This document shows, piece by piece, positions 12,401 to 24,313 of a stretch of 64,000 nt of DNA. The notes below the pieces were generated by a model. It saw nothing but the letters and a program-made list of their open reading frames with translations. It searched no databases and had not been told where the DNA came from. The DNA comes from Lingula anatina. Lineage: Eukaryota > Animalia > Brachiopoda. The stretch is from assembly GCA_051362555.1 (NCBI GenBank), contig CM120642.1:11284001-11348000 (forward strand), read 5' to 3'. Both the position numbers and the translations under genes were made by a program. Each line of letters starts with the position of its first letter. Positions within the stretch are counted from its first letter, which is position 1.

Positions 12401-15400
12401 TTACAAAAGTTTGCTGTTTTTTCACTTTTTCCAGCACATATGCAACACCTATTACAGATTTTAAGGAAAATTGATTGGCCAATTGTCTTGAAATTAACAG
12501 GAGTGATCAATGTTACTAAAATACAGATTAAATTTTGAAAATAAGCTTGATTTGTTAAGTTTTGGTGAAGTTATGCATTTTTTTGTATATAAGTGTTTTT
12601 TCCTCAAATTTAATTCTCAGGCATGTTAACAGTCTCATTTTGTAACTAATTAGATATGTAAAGTTGTTCTTTTGACATTTTCTGCATCTTAACAATATTG
12701 TTAGTTGATTATATAAAAATGATGGTAAACCTGTTATTGTGTATTGTGTAATAAAGTTTCAAAAATGGAAATAAACTCCTGTCTTTACAGTTTGTCAGAT
12801 TGAATCATTCACTATGTTCAGAATCTCTGAATGGAGCAAATTAGACATATAAAATTGTTCTGTTGATATTTTTCCTATGTCAACAATTTTTGTAGTTGAT
12901 CATTTAAAAATGACAGTAAATTGATTATTTTGTTTTATGTAAAAAAAGGTGCTGAAAATGGTAAGAAAATCATTTCAGTACAGTAATCTCTTGTTTACAT
13001 TTTGGCATTTTGAAGGTGTGGCTCTTAACTTCCATGGCCTTGAAGACCTTTTCATGTCACGTTTTCGGAATATCCATGATACTTTTATTTTATTATTAAA
13101 AATTGATGGTTATTATACTGTTAAGCATTATGTAATATTGCATCAAAATGCAAAAAAAAACTATTTTGGACACTGATGACCATCAAAGGAAAACCATGTT
13201 ACTTATGGTACTTACTGAAAAGTGCATCTTGTGTTGGAAAGTCAGTGTGATTGTTTTCTGTTTTGTAAGCAGTGCAGTTCTATAGAGTGCTATATGATGG
13301 TACTGTATGGACGGCAGTCTATGAAATTGTCCCTTGGGTGATCGCTAATTAAATTGAGGTCAATAAAGTCTTGCCTAGTAATTAATTTTCAATTGGCCAT
13401 TAAATGAGATTGATGATTGATGATTAAATTTAAAGGGATAATAACTGTTCGTTTTGGCCAAAAATCGAATTTTCCTGGAGTAAACAATAATTTTCCCATA
13501 CTTAACAATGGTAAATGAATCAATTTCTACATTCAAAGTTAGTCCTTGAATTTTTTCTAAAAAGTTTTTTTCTTTTTTTGTAATAACCTCTTAAGAGATT
13601 ATAACAGAGTATATCCATCTGTGGAGGTCTCATGGTGCAACGACAAGCTCAGATATCAGAAAAATAGCTATAACTGCCATTTTTGTGGTAAAACAGAATA
13701 TATTTACCGTGAGTGTCAGAGCAACTTAAAAGCTAGCTTGCTAAATATACCTTGTGATGGAGTCGCTTTTACTAAACTCTGACGAACACCGACAATCTGA
13801 GGGCGTTCTTCAAAATTTTGCCTGGGGTGCTTCCATATTTGGAAGTCACACGTCACAGCTGTGTCAGCCTGGATCCATATTTGGAAGTCGTAAGTCTTGT
13901 ACGTCACAGGTTTAGCCGCCTGGAGCTGCCTTTCCCGCCTTGCGCTGACGTTATCTCGTGCAGACGAGACAAGAACCAAAGTGGCTGACGCGGAGTTAGA
14001 AGTTTGAATTGAAAATATCTTGCAGTCAAAGGTCAGTGCCACAATACAAGCAACATTCTGCTTTAAAAACTGATTTTGGTGTAGCCATTGCGCAGCCCTT
14101 ATAGTGGTATCGGGCATCCAGTGTAGCTGTCAAACTTGGCACACGGCAAGCATGTGTGCTTATATCTCAGGACTAAATGTTCTTTGATAAGCAAAAAGTA
14201 CAAAAACATTGGATATACCTTTTTCTTTTAGAAACATTATTTTATTTCTCACTTTACATATCTTAAATACAGCAAATAAAATTAAATAAACGTTTCATTT
14301 TGGTCTGATGACATTCAACTGCAGATTCACTGTGGAGCAGTTCTATTTGATTGACGGAAATCTAACATGGCCGCTGTTCGCTAGAGCCTGGTATTGCTTA
14401 TATGGGTTATATATGAAATCAAGATCGAGCTGGCAATACCGGAATCTAGAACCTAGGGTAAATATATTATATTTCTATGAGTTTTTTTACAATGTCTTAT
14501 TGTGGAATATAGATCTCATACAAAGAGTTATTATCCCTTTAAGTGTTGATTGTGCTGTTATAAGTATTATTTATTATTGTATCAAAATTGAAAAAAATGA
14601 CCTATTTTCTGCATCTTTTTAAGGTGTGACTCATAGGCCTGAAGACCTTTACTAGTCACATTTGTAATTTTCCCTTGGGAATAAGTTCAGAGCTATAAAG
14701 TCAATTAAGATTCAAGTGGCCATTAAATGAGATAACGTAAAACACACTTGTTGATACTGTAAACTCCCATAGGTTAAGTTCTCTGCAAGATAAAGTGTCC
14801 ATAATAAGGAAGCAGTGATAATTATGCAGGTAAATATTGCTTAATATTGCAAATAAGTTTTCAAAAAAAAAAAATTATTTTGTGTAATGCCAACATTAAT
14901 GCTATTGATGAATAACAGTGCCTTATCTATCCTCAAACTCAATGGGGTTATTCATATCATGTTAATACAGCAAGATTGAAGGTTTGAATAGCTGCTTTAT
15001 TGGAATTTTTTTTTTTTTTTTTCAAACACTGGCATTTTCAAGATGTGACTTTTAACCCATTCATTTGAACCTCTGCGCATTTTCTGCATTTCCACATAAG
15101 CAGTTGTATTGGTATTTATGTCTTTAAACATTATGTGAATTTGAACTCTCGTGGTCCTGAAACTGTAATCTTATTGCAGGGGTGGATTGACACCATCCTC
15201 TGGGCCTTCTGGAAGACGGTCAGATTTTAATGTTTATATTGACGGGTATCTATTTTTTCTGTTGGAAGACCATCAAAAATGGAGGATGGATCAACAAAGA
15301 TAATTTGGAATACTGTCAGAAAATATATCTCCTGTTCGCTCCTGTTATTGACCATGTTATCTGTTCATGATTAAAATTCAGTGTTGATTGACAGCATTAT

Positions 15401-18201
15401 TTATTATTGCATCAAAATTGACATAATGACCTATTTTTTGCATCTTTATTTTCTGTTTTTTGTCTGTACATTTGACAGCTTTGCTGCCTTGTTACTAATA
15501 TCACCCTATTGTGATGTTATGTTCAATGGAAGCCTTCTCTGTTGAAGTGCCTGCAGGTAATCATATTATTATTACGTCTAAAAATGTTTTTTCTGCTGTT
15601 ATGTTTTGTATGCACTGCACTTGTGGCTTGGCTGGGACATCAGAAGTACAGTTGAACAGTGATATTTTGTGTTTTATTTTAGTTGGAGTCAAGACCCCAT
15701 GATCAGATCGCTGGAGATTTGATAGGAGATTTCCTGTTTAGTGACACAGGAGAGGAAGTAAGACGGCATTTTTCTTGTTTTTATCCAATATTTCTTTAAT
15801 CTGCTAGTATTTAAGATTTACAACTTTTTAGTGTTATTATAACAGTGACAGTATTTGTATTTTGATCTCTGCACCAACACTGAAGACGGAAAACAAATTT
15901 TTGTTTTTCAATAATGCCTATAGCTTATATGTATTTTCTGAAGTTTATAGAGCAGCAGTGGGAAATCTATTGGATTGATTAATCTTCCAGCTGGTTGAGA
16001 GAGTGAACCAGATCAAAATTTTCAAAAAACTGAGTAAAGAAAACAAGGACTACTGGTACAATTTGCTGAACCAATATTTCATGACCTGTCCTTCTGTTAC
16101 TGTAAGTATTATGGTTATGGTGAATTATGATTTATAAAGTATTACAGAGACTGTTAGTTTTGATCATCTGTGTCTCCCTTTTCCCTAATTGCCTACATGG
16201 AACATATTTTGGAAGTTGTTTGAGACACCAGACTTTATTAAATAATTTGTAACATGTGTCACTATATTTACTTTGTTCCCCCAAGGTGAAGCTTACTGCA
16301 GTGGCTGTTTCGCTTTCTAATATACAACTAAATTGCCTACAGATAGTATCCATACTTATCCTTTCTTCCAGATAATTGGAGAGCCCAGTAAGGCGCTCCA
16401 TGACAAGATGGCTGCCACAGAGAAGGAACGTATAGAAGAACAGAAGAAGAAATTAGGAGAGACAGGGTTAGCACAGATGGGGGAGAATCTCAGAAAGGCT
16501 TGTGAGGAAAATGAGGTAAGCTGTGTGATGTTTTGGGGAAATGTGTTTTGAATGAGTGTAATAAATTCTGAATACTGCAATATGTTTTTTTTTTTGTTTG
16601 TTTATTAGTTCATATGTTGTTATAAAAATAAAGATTATGTGCTCCCATGCGGTTATGTTCAGGTGAGAAAAAGACTTAAGATGCTGCTGGGCTAGTACTG
16701 ATACATGTAATATGTAATATTTTCAGATATGCTTCCTTCTGTGCATCTTGTAGTAGCATCATTTTTTTATATATAGATGCCCCATAACTTCCAAAACTTA
16801 TTTTTGTTTTACTTTAAATTTACAGAGTGGCTTTGTTTGGTAAAGAGGCAGGTTGCTTTAAAAAAAATTAGCATGATTGGTTGACATTTACAGTAATTTT
16901 ATGTAACAGTCCATCAAAATTGTCCAAAACATTGTTTTGTGCACTTTTTTCTGCATAAGGTCTGAACATTTCACAGTTTTGCTGCCTTGTTTCTGTATGG
17001 TGTCTGTATATTTGTCAGCTTTGCTGTCTGTTAGTATACACAATTGCTCTTTTGAATTCAGATTGAGGCACCAGGAGAAGTCGTCACCAGTGTGGACATT
17101 CCAAATGTCAGCAGCATTAAATTCCATCCAATTACAACATGCCACTCTGGCCACCCAGAGGCTGATACCAAATTCTCAGGTTTTCCTCTCAGTGATCTTC
17201 CTGTGGCATTCCAGCTGAATAGCATTAACAGTAACTTTGTGTCTGTAAGTTTTAGTTGCTTGAAAGCTCCCAGGGAATGTTTTAAAATTACATATGACAA
17301 ATTTCCCTGAGGGGTATCTGTTAGTAACAATTAAATATCTTCGTAGGTAGAATTTTGTGATCTGTGAAATAAATGATGTTAATGAATGATTATTTCAGTC
17401 CTTTTAAAGATGAATAGATAATTGTTTTTAATGAGACTTACTCTACCCATATATATAGTGCATAATTTTCTTTTTAACTCAAGAACTCTAAAACAATTGG
17501 TTTAAAACTCTTGGTATGAATCGATATATGTTGATGTGTTGGCTATTTTATTGTCAGTTGTGCTGCTGTATCAATACGGATGCTGTACCTCAGGACCTGA
17601 AATATTACTTTCCTCTTTATGCTGCTGTGATGTGTGAGTCACCTCTGATGAGAAATGATGGTAGGATAATCAAGCTTCCTTTTTTAAAACATAACACTCT
17701 ATGTAATTTTAATATGTTCCTGTCTTTTTAGGCAACTGGTCTTATGATTCTGACAAGAATCAAGAAATATCTGTGAAATGAAGCAGCTTACCTAATTGTT
17801 TTTCTATGATCTAATGTGAAATGTTATTATTGTCAGTTCTTTATGAAATTCTGTTAAGTCCATCTTCATTTCTGAAAATGTTTGAAACTGATAGATATGT
17901 TGGTAGTATTTTATGTCATCTGGTTTTCATACAGTCCATATTTTGTGGTCATTATGTTGGTCCATAGCTTGATGTGTATATTATCAATGTAATTAATTCA
18001 CTATTGGTACACTGTGGTGCCCATATGAGTGAACAGCTTTATGATAATTTGAATTATGTATTGCAGAGCTGGTGTCCCATGAGGTTGTCATCCAAGAGTT
18101 GGAAGCTGACACTTTGAGTGTGGACACCTCTCTTGGTCTCTCAGGAGGAATGTTCACACATGGAGATTTTCCACAACTGCTTACACTCCGCCTCAAGGTT
18201 A

Positions 18202-18274
<73 letters not shown>

Positions 18275-21200
18275 CATTTACTTCTTCATTCTTTGTCACT
18301 AAATCACAACATGAGTCAGAATGAATGTGAAATATTCAAGTGTTTTTTAGAATATTCCCATTTGCTTTCACTACCCTAAATCAAGGAAGATACATATTAC
18401 CACTTCAGGTAGAGTGTGAGAAGTACAAGAAGTCCATCACATGGATTCATGAACTGCTGTTCAAGATCCAGTTTAATGAAGAGAGACTGAAAATTGTAGC
18501 ACAGAAAATGGTGAATGAAGTGTCTTGTCTGAAGAGAAGAGGCCTGTTGATAGCACAAAACATGATGAAGGATATGTCTTTTGATCAAGGCAAGCACACT
18601 AGCACATAAATAGAAATACTGAGTGTATGTATGTGTGCACATCTGCTTCTGTACGTGTGTGTAGTGTTTTGCATACAATTTATAACCTGTGACTTTCTAA
18701 GTTATTTTGTGGTCAAAAAAGTTGACCTGTCACCCCTAAGAAAAAAATTGAATTGTTAACGGAATAGAAGTATTACTCACTATTATCTTAGTTGGTTGAT
18801 CATATACATTTGATAAAGTAAGGGTTTTCTGTCTTGTAGCAAGTAACATGGTTGTCATGGGGTTCATGAGACAGCATACATTCTTGACTGATATGTTGGA
18901 GAAATTGGAAAAATCACCAACTAAAGTAAGTATTCTCTCTCTCTCTCTGAACTGCCAGAGATTTATTTTTTTCTGATTTATTTTTTAATGGACTGCAATA
19001 TTTATTTTAATCCATCAAAATTATTTCAGGTTATAGAGCAGATGAAGAGACTTCAAAAACTGCTGACATTACCAGAAAACATCACAATCCACATGTCAGC
19101 AGATGTGACAAGACTAGCACAACTAACGCAATGTGATCCTCATGAAGTCTGGAAACAGGAGCTCCTACCAAAGGAACTGCAGCAGGAAGTGGGCAAAGTG
19201 GATTTGACAAAAAAGTGAGTTTTAAAAATATTTAAATAATTTTTTCTGATGCAAAAGAAACTGAACTATGGTATAAAAAACGAAATTCCTGTTACAAATT
19301 CCTGTTAATATAAATAACTGCATGTTTATGAAAATATTTAAGAAATTTATGACAACCAGTTGCTCTAACTGATGCATTATTACAAAATAAACATGGAAAT
19401 GTGATATTTTGTGAAATTTAGAAAGTGCCTTAAATGCAACTGTTGCAATAAAAACCTCTTATTTAAGTATTCTTTCCCTTGTCAATTTTTAAAACTGACA
19501 ATCGATCTGTTTCTCCAGACAACCAATCAAGTTCTCTCACTCTTTCCTCCGTACCCTTGAAGAGACATCTCAGAGTATGGGGATCATCTGTGGCGTAGCA
19601 GCCGTGGAGTCAGCATACCTAATTCTCAGTGTTCCCTGCCTTACAACCTACATCCACGTTGACACTGCACCTGTCATGGTATTCATACAGTACCTGACAC
19701 AGATGGAGGGACCCATGTGGAGACAGATCAGAGGCATGGGACTGTCCTATGGATACAGGTAATAAGTGTGAGCAGTGACCTAGATAGAGAACTACTGCTT
19801 ACTAGGTCATAAATGTGATGGAGTATGTAGCTTTTAACCAGCTTGAATCTATGGATGCATATCAGTACTAGTACATATCAGCAAAATAAACTATATAATG
19901 AAATTTGGCTTGGACAGTTTATGAAGATTTTTAGTACTTTGGCTAAAATTAATATGTTTTGAGGTTGTTTGAATCATTTGCTGGTTACCCAATCCCCAAT
20001 CTTGGAGATGTCTCTAAAGCCAGAGGGAGTTGTTTTCATTAATTTTGTTTTTGTTTCAGAATGAGCATCAAGCAGGAGACTGGTCAGCTGTACTTTATCC
20101 TGTCCAGAGCTGCCCAGCTGTCCAGTGCCTACAAGCAAGCCAAGATCATTGTGGTAAGGAATTGTGGTCTTGTCCATTTTTAAAACTTATACAAAATGAT
20201 AATTTAGTTTGGATAGCTTTGATATGCAATACTTTCCCGAGTAGGATACGCAGTACCGAAGTGATGTGATAATAATAATGTCAATTTTATCCTTTCAAAG
20301 ACTTCTGTGATTTTCATGTAATATTTGTGTAGATGTGTTACTAGAAATTTGAACTTCTTTATTTATAATGTTTATATATTATGATATTTTACATGATAGA
20401 ATACAATTTCAGGAAGAATTCCTCAGTGGCCAGACTGAATTCACAGAGGTAGATCTGGAGACAGCGAAGAGTTCTCTCATATTTAAAATCATTGAGGAAG
20501 AGACTTCAGTCTCTGACACTGCCTTCCAGAGTATTCTCAGCTACTACAGAGGAGTGGAAGTTGACTACAACAGGTATCTTTTTCTCATACCACACCCTGA
20601 AGAGTCAGGGATTAATAACACTGTTACAGAAATATATTATGAGAAGAATAGTCTTCCAGTTTTCTCCAGCACAGAGGTCACAGGAAGAGAGTAAAGAAAG
20701 GATCTATTTGTTATGAAAAAGTAATAAATAAATAAATTTATTGGTTTTACAGTTCTTTACATCAAAAACAGTTGAAATAAAACCTATACAGTATTGTTTT
20801 TTCCATCTTTGTAAGCTTTTTTATTGAATTATTGTAGGCAGCTCCTCCAGGATATTGCTAAGGTGAGCATCAAGGATCTTCAGAGAGTGAGTAAGCAGTA
20901 TTTCAGCCAGCTGTTTGACCAGACCAAGTCCAGGTGTGCCGTCTGCTGTGACTCTGCCAAAGTGGAAGAACTGCAGAAAGAATTCAAAGAGTAAGAGATT
21001 GAAAATCGGTGGAAGATTTTTCAAAAGTGACTGAGTTTTTAGAAACGCATGCATGAGTGCACCACAGGTACAAAACTTGATGGATGGCAAACATTCTGTT
21101 TGGACACATGTAAATTGACATGTTGTCAACATGCACAAATTCATTTATTCTTGTGAAATGCATCATTTTATGTGATAATGAAATACATGTATATAAAGGT

Positions 21201-21401
21201 GTGAAGCAGAAAATGAATGGGCCAAAAGACCTCAATACCTTATGATTAAGAATTCACCAGTATTGGGATATAACATTGTTACTATTAAGTTGCCATTTCA
21301 GAATGTCATTCTTTTCTCTTTTTGGTCATCGCAGGTTGGATAGAGACCTGACAGTGCTGCCATCTTTGGAGGAAGGACTTATGGCTGAACTGAAGATGTA
21401 G
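7420..21401 (+). CDS. M16 family zinc metallopeptidase (C05D11.1-like, PreP-related), copy 1; 23 exons, ~1026 aa
   Basis: Exons: 7420-7564, 8101-8183, 8432-8590, 9153-9362, 9762-9884, 10044-10184, 10579-10689, 11376-11467, 11738-11840, 15683-15757, 15991-16101, 16372-16515, 17062-17244, 17558-17660, 18067-18197, 18409-18589 (GC donor), 18840-18925, 19030-19214, 19519-19758, 20060-20153, 20413-20573, 20838-20990, 21335-21401. They sum to 3081 nt, open and in phase. Motifs: GLPHTLEHLVFMGSEKYP (inverted HXXEH zinc site), TNAWTDTDHT, GVVYCEM, YHQEFYRPEN, IRGMGLSYG (C-terminal R/Y pair). Confidence 0.9.
12057..15493 (+). mobile_element. Non-autonomous Helentron-type (HINE/DINE-1-like) element in intron 9 of copy 1, containing a nested MITE
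   Basis: Absent from copies 2 and 3 (empty site TTATTTTT^ACTAATATC at ~29965), with no TSD. 5' hairpin ATGTACAGACAC-agat-GTGTCTGTACAT, short (CGT)n tract, ~160-bp tandem repeats (~12140-12600), 3' subterminal IR GTCTGTACAT, stem-loop CAGC-ttt-GCTG and terminal TT. Confidence 0.85.
13434..14538. mobile_element. 1105-bp non-autonomous DNA transposon, Kolobok-like, nested in the HINE
   Basis: Perfect 13-bp TIRs AGGGATAATAACT / AGTTATTATCCCT with TTAA on both sides (13430-13433, 14539-14542). TTAA TSD plus RR...YY termini is the Kolobok signature. No transposase recognised. Confidence 0.8.
16769..17032 (+). mobile_element. Short degenerate HINE of the same family, with two tandem 3' termini, in intron 12 of copy 1
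   Basis: Segment absent from copies 2 and 3 and beginning after a T run. Contains a decayed repeat core (AAAATTAGCATGATTGG) and two copies of the 3' end motif (16960-16991, 17002-17032). Confidence 0.55.
18204..18273. repeat. (GT)n(GA)n compound microsatellite, intron 15 of copy 1
   Basis: Directly visible; starts a few bases after the splice donor. Confidence 0.95.
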
Positions 21402-22089
21402 ACAATGCCCTGATGCAGAGATGCTACCTGAGCGCTTGATTGCAGGATTCCTGCCAAATAGCCCCAAAATCCTACAAGTGAATTATGCCAGTGCGCCTAA
21501 ACTCTTGCCAAAAGTATCAAGTCCATGCAATATTTTTGTGATATTGTGCAATTAAAATATGAAAATCAAATATCTATGTTATCTTTTTTTTCTAATGATA
21601 TACATATTCTGTCAAATGATGTGAATAAACTTTTTAAAAATCTCCTGCTCATCATTAATTCATTGATCATTAATATTATCATTAATTCTTTAATTTAATG
21701 AGAGAAGTAATAAAAGACAGCATATATTGCAAGCCCTGTTGAAGAGCAATATGAAAATGGATGACAAGATGGGTGGGGGTTACAGAATCTTTATCTTTTT
21801 TTCTTCCTACAGGTAAATCATCAACATTAATCATGTCACAATTATTCGTCCCCTTTTCCTAAGAAATTTAGTGGATCCAAATAAATTATTAATGTGAAAT
21901 ACCGAGTAAATGCTGGCTGGTTTATGAGCTAAGACAATGATCTTTTAAACCGAGGCTAAAAGATCCAGTCGAACATCTGGTCTTCTCAGTGATCCCCTGC
22001 GGTGACTTCCGGTCTCCTGGGGGCATTTCAGGTGGAAAGATCTTCAAAGTTATAAGCCTCACCTATGTAAAGTAAAATTCATTTCGGTA

Positions 22090-23337
22090 CAAAAGGAAAT
22101 ATATGCATGCTTCATAGACTGTACTATAGCATTTGATTGAGTTCACCACATGCAGATAATAGAGTGTCTGGAAAAGATCAGGATATGGGAAAGACATCAG
22201 AATCATATCAAACCTCTACTGGCACCAAAAAGCAGATATAAGAATTCAGGGAGAAATATCAAAGAAAGAGGAGTGAGACGGATGCATATGTCACCTTACC
22301 TATTTAACATATATACAGAGATTATTTTTCGAAAGAGAGAAAACTGCCTACAGGTATCAATTAACATTGCAGGGTGGAATATCAACAACCTCAGATATGC
22401 TGATGATATACGGTCCTTACTGCAAAGAATGAAGAAAACTTACAAGCCCTTGTAAACAAAGTCAAAACAGTGAACAGGCAGGACTAGATATGAATATCAA
22501 TAAAACCAAGGTCATGTTGATGTAAAAAAATCCAATGGAGACAAACATAACCATCGATGATAAAAGATTGGAACAGGTTGTGAGTTTCTGATATCTGAAC
22601 AGAAAAACGCAGGAGATGGCAAAAATATGCAAAAAAAAAAAAAAAGAAGGTATTGGCATGGCAAAATCAGAGACTATAAAAATGAAAAAGTATTGACCAA
22701 CAGCAACATCTGTTTTAACCTAAGACTCAGACTTGTGAAGTGCTACATAATTCCTGTCCTAACATACAGCTGTGAGGCCCAGACATTTAACAAGGACATA
22801 GAACGAAGAATCACATGGAGAAGGACAGTCGAAGCAGAGTTGAAACAACTGGGAGAAAGCTTAGGAACCATCCAACACCTAGCTTGAGACAGACAGCAGT
22901 GGAAGACCTTTGTTGGTGCCCTAGACACCCGACGGTGTAAAAGGAGATCATAGTAATAGTAGTATAGAAAGAAGAATTGAATCATTTGAAATGTGGATAT
23001 ACAGAATGATGAGAAGAATAAGCTGGACACAAAAGCTCACAAATTAAGAAATGTGTAAGCGATTGTCTGTCACACCAACTTTACTGGCAGATACACAATG
23101 CAGGAAACTGCAATACTTTGGTCACGTACAGGCATGAAACCATCTGCAAGCATGTCCCAGAGGGAAAGGGCGAAGGAACATATGTAGGAGAGGGAGACAA
23201 CAACTAACATGGATGGATGACATCTAAAGATGGACAAGTAAATCAATGGAAGAATGCATGCATGAAGCAAAGAACAGGGCAGGATGGAAGGTCATTTCAC
23301 GTCAACCTCAGAGGAGATGACATGCAAGGATGGATGG
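22090..23337 (+). mobile_element. Decayed 5'-truncated RTE-clade non-LTR retrotransposon (reverse transcriptase and 3' end)
   Basis: Fragmented frames give FID....FD, RGVR..SPYLFNIY, NINNLRYADD, INKTKVM, RLVKCYI.PVL.YSCE and FEMWIYR..RISW, with many frameshifts and stops. Confidence 0.85.
22812..22964 (+). mobile_element. 3' end of a second RTE-like element inserted into the first
   Basis: Encodes TWRRTVEAELKQLGES.GTIQHLA.DRQQWKTFVGAL and ends in a (TAG/TAA)n tail. Flanked by a 13-bp direct repeat with one mismatch (TAGAACGAAGAAT 22799-22811, TAGAAAGAAGAAT 22965-22977). Confidence 0.75.
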
Positions 23338-23486
23338 TGTTAAGTAAACAGTTACTTCTATATAGATGTCAATATGATGTTTGCTTGGAAAATAAACCTT
23401 CAGTGCCTCTCCACAGTATCATCTTTACAACAAGAGCATCCTTAATTTCACATACGATGGAGAATATTATCTTATTTAATCATCCC

Positions 23487-23537
23487 TGTGCACCATGAAA
23501 ATCCTACTCCTGCAAAATGTGACTCCCCCCCCCCCCC

Positions 23538-23571
<34 letters not shown>

Positions 23572-24313
23572 TCATTATAAATCTTATTTTGACTATATGA
23601 CTTTTATATTGTAGTATGCATAATGGAGGATACATTGGAACTTTTTGTTAGTTTGCAGGTAAAAATTTTAACGAGAAATTGAGAAAATTTAAAATGTGTA
23701 TTTAACCACCCAATGACTCGCTTATAAAATAGCTATTTATATGACATTTGGTGATCATTTCAACATCTTTCCCTTAAGTATACTTTGTGAAGAATATATT
23801 GGAAATATTTGAAAGTTTTGTGGTAAAATATTGGGTGCAAAAAATGAAAAAAAAATCATGAAAAATCTTCCATATTCATACCCATTGGGATTTGGAATCC
23901 CATGAAGAAAAGGCCCTATTTTATGTTTAGTCACCATACCATTTTTTCCACATGGTTTGCATTGTGACACATATTTTGTTAGTATTTGAAAGTTTGATGT
24001 TGAAAATTTTGATGAAAATTTATAATTTCTGAAACAAGTATTCATGTTACTACCTGTAGGATTTGGGCTCCCATAGCCTTTTCATAGGAGTCATTGTGTG
24101 GAAAAATACACATTTTTAATTTTCTTATTTTCTCTTGAAAATTTTCAAAAAGTGCCAATGTATCTTCCATTATGCATACTACAAGATAAAAGTTATGTAC
24201 TCAAATAAAACAAGATTTATTAAGTTTTGTGAGGGGGAGTCAAAATTTCATGGGGGGAGTCAGATTTTCATTATGAAATTTTGACTTGGGGAGTCAGATT
24301 TTCATGTTACACC
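23487..24313. mobile_element. Foldback-type MITE with long imperfect inverted arms
   Basis: Ends TGTGCACCATGAAAATC / GATTTTCATGTTACACC; subterminal GACTCCCC / GGGGAGTC repeats; internal mirror TGCATAATGGAGGATACATTGG / CCAATGTATCTTCCATTATGCA. A Cn(CA)n tract lies in the left arm. Confidence 0.75.

Noticed and set aside
13716-14117. 133-aa minus-strand ORF in the Kolobok-like element
   Set aside because: No transposase, THAP or other recognisable motif. The repeated DFQIW simply reflects the duplicated DNA motif.
19555-19563. Apparent in-frame TGA before MGIICG in all three copies (possible selenocysteine or readthrough)
   Set aside because: The upstream exon ends in phase 2, so the true frame reads KQPIKFSHSFLRTLEETSQSMG; the TGA is out of frame.
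21390-21401. C-terminal LKM as a peroxisomal targeting signal
   Set aside because: Leu at position -3 does not fit the PTS1 consensus (S/A/C)-(K/R/H)-(L/M).
21940-22030. TAAACCGAGG motif reminiscent of SINE cores
   Set aside because: Only a short match, with no tRNA-like A/B boxes or tail seen.
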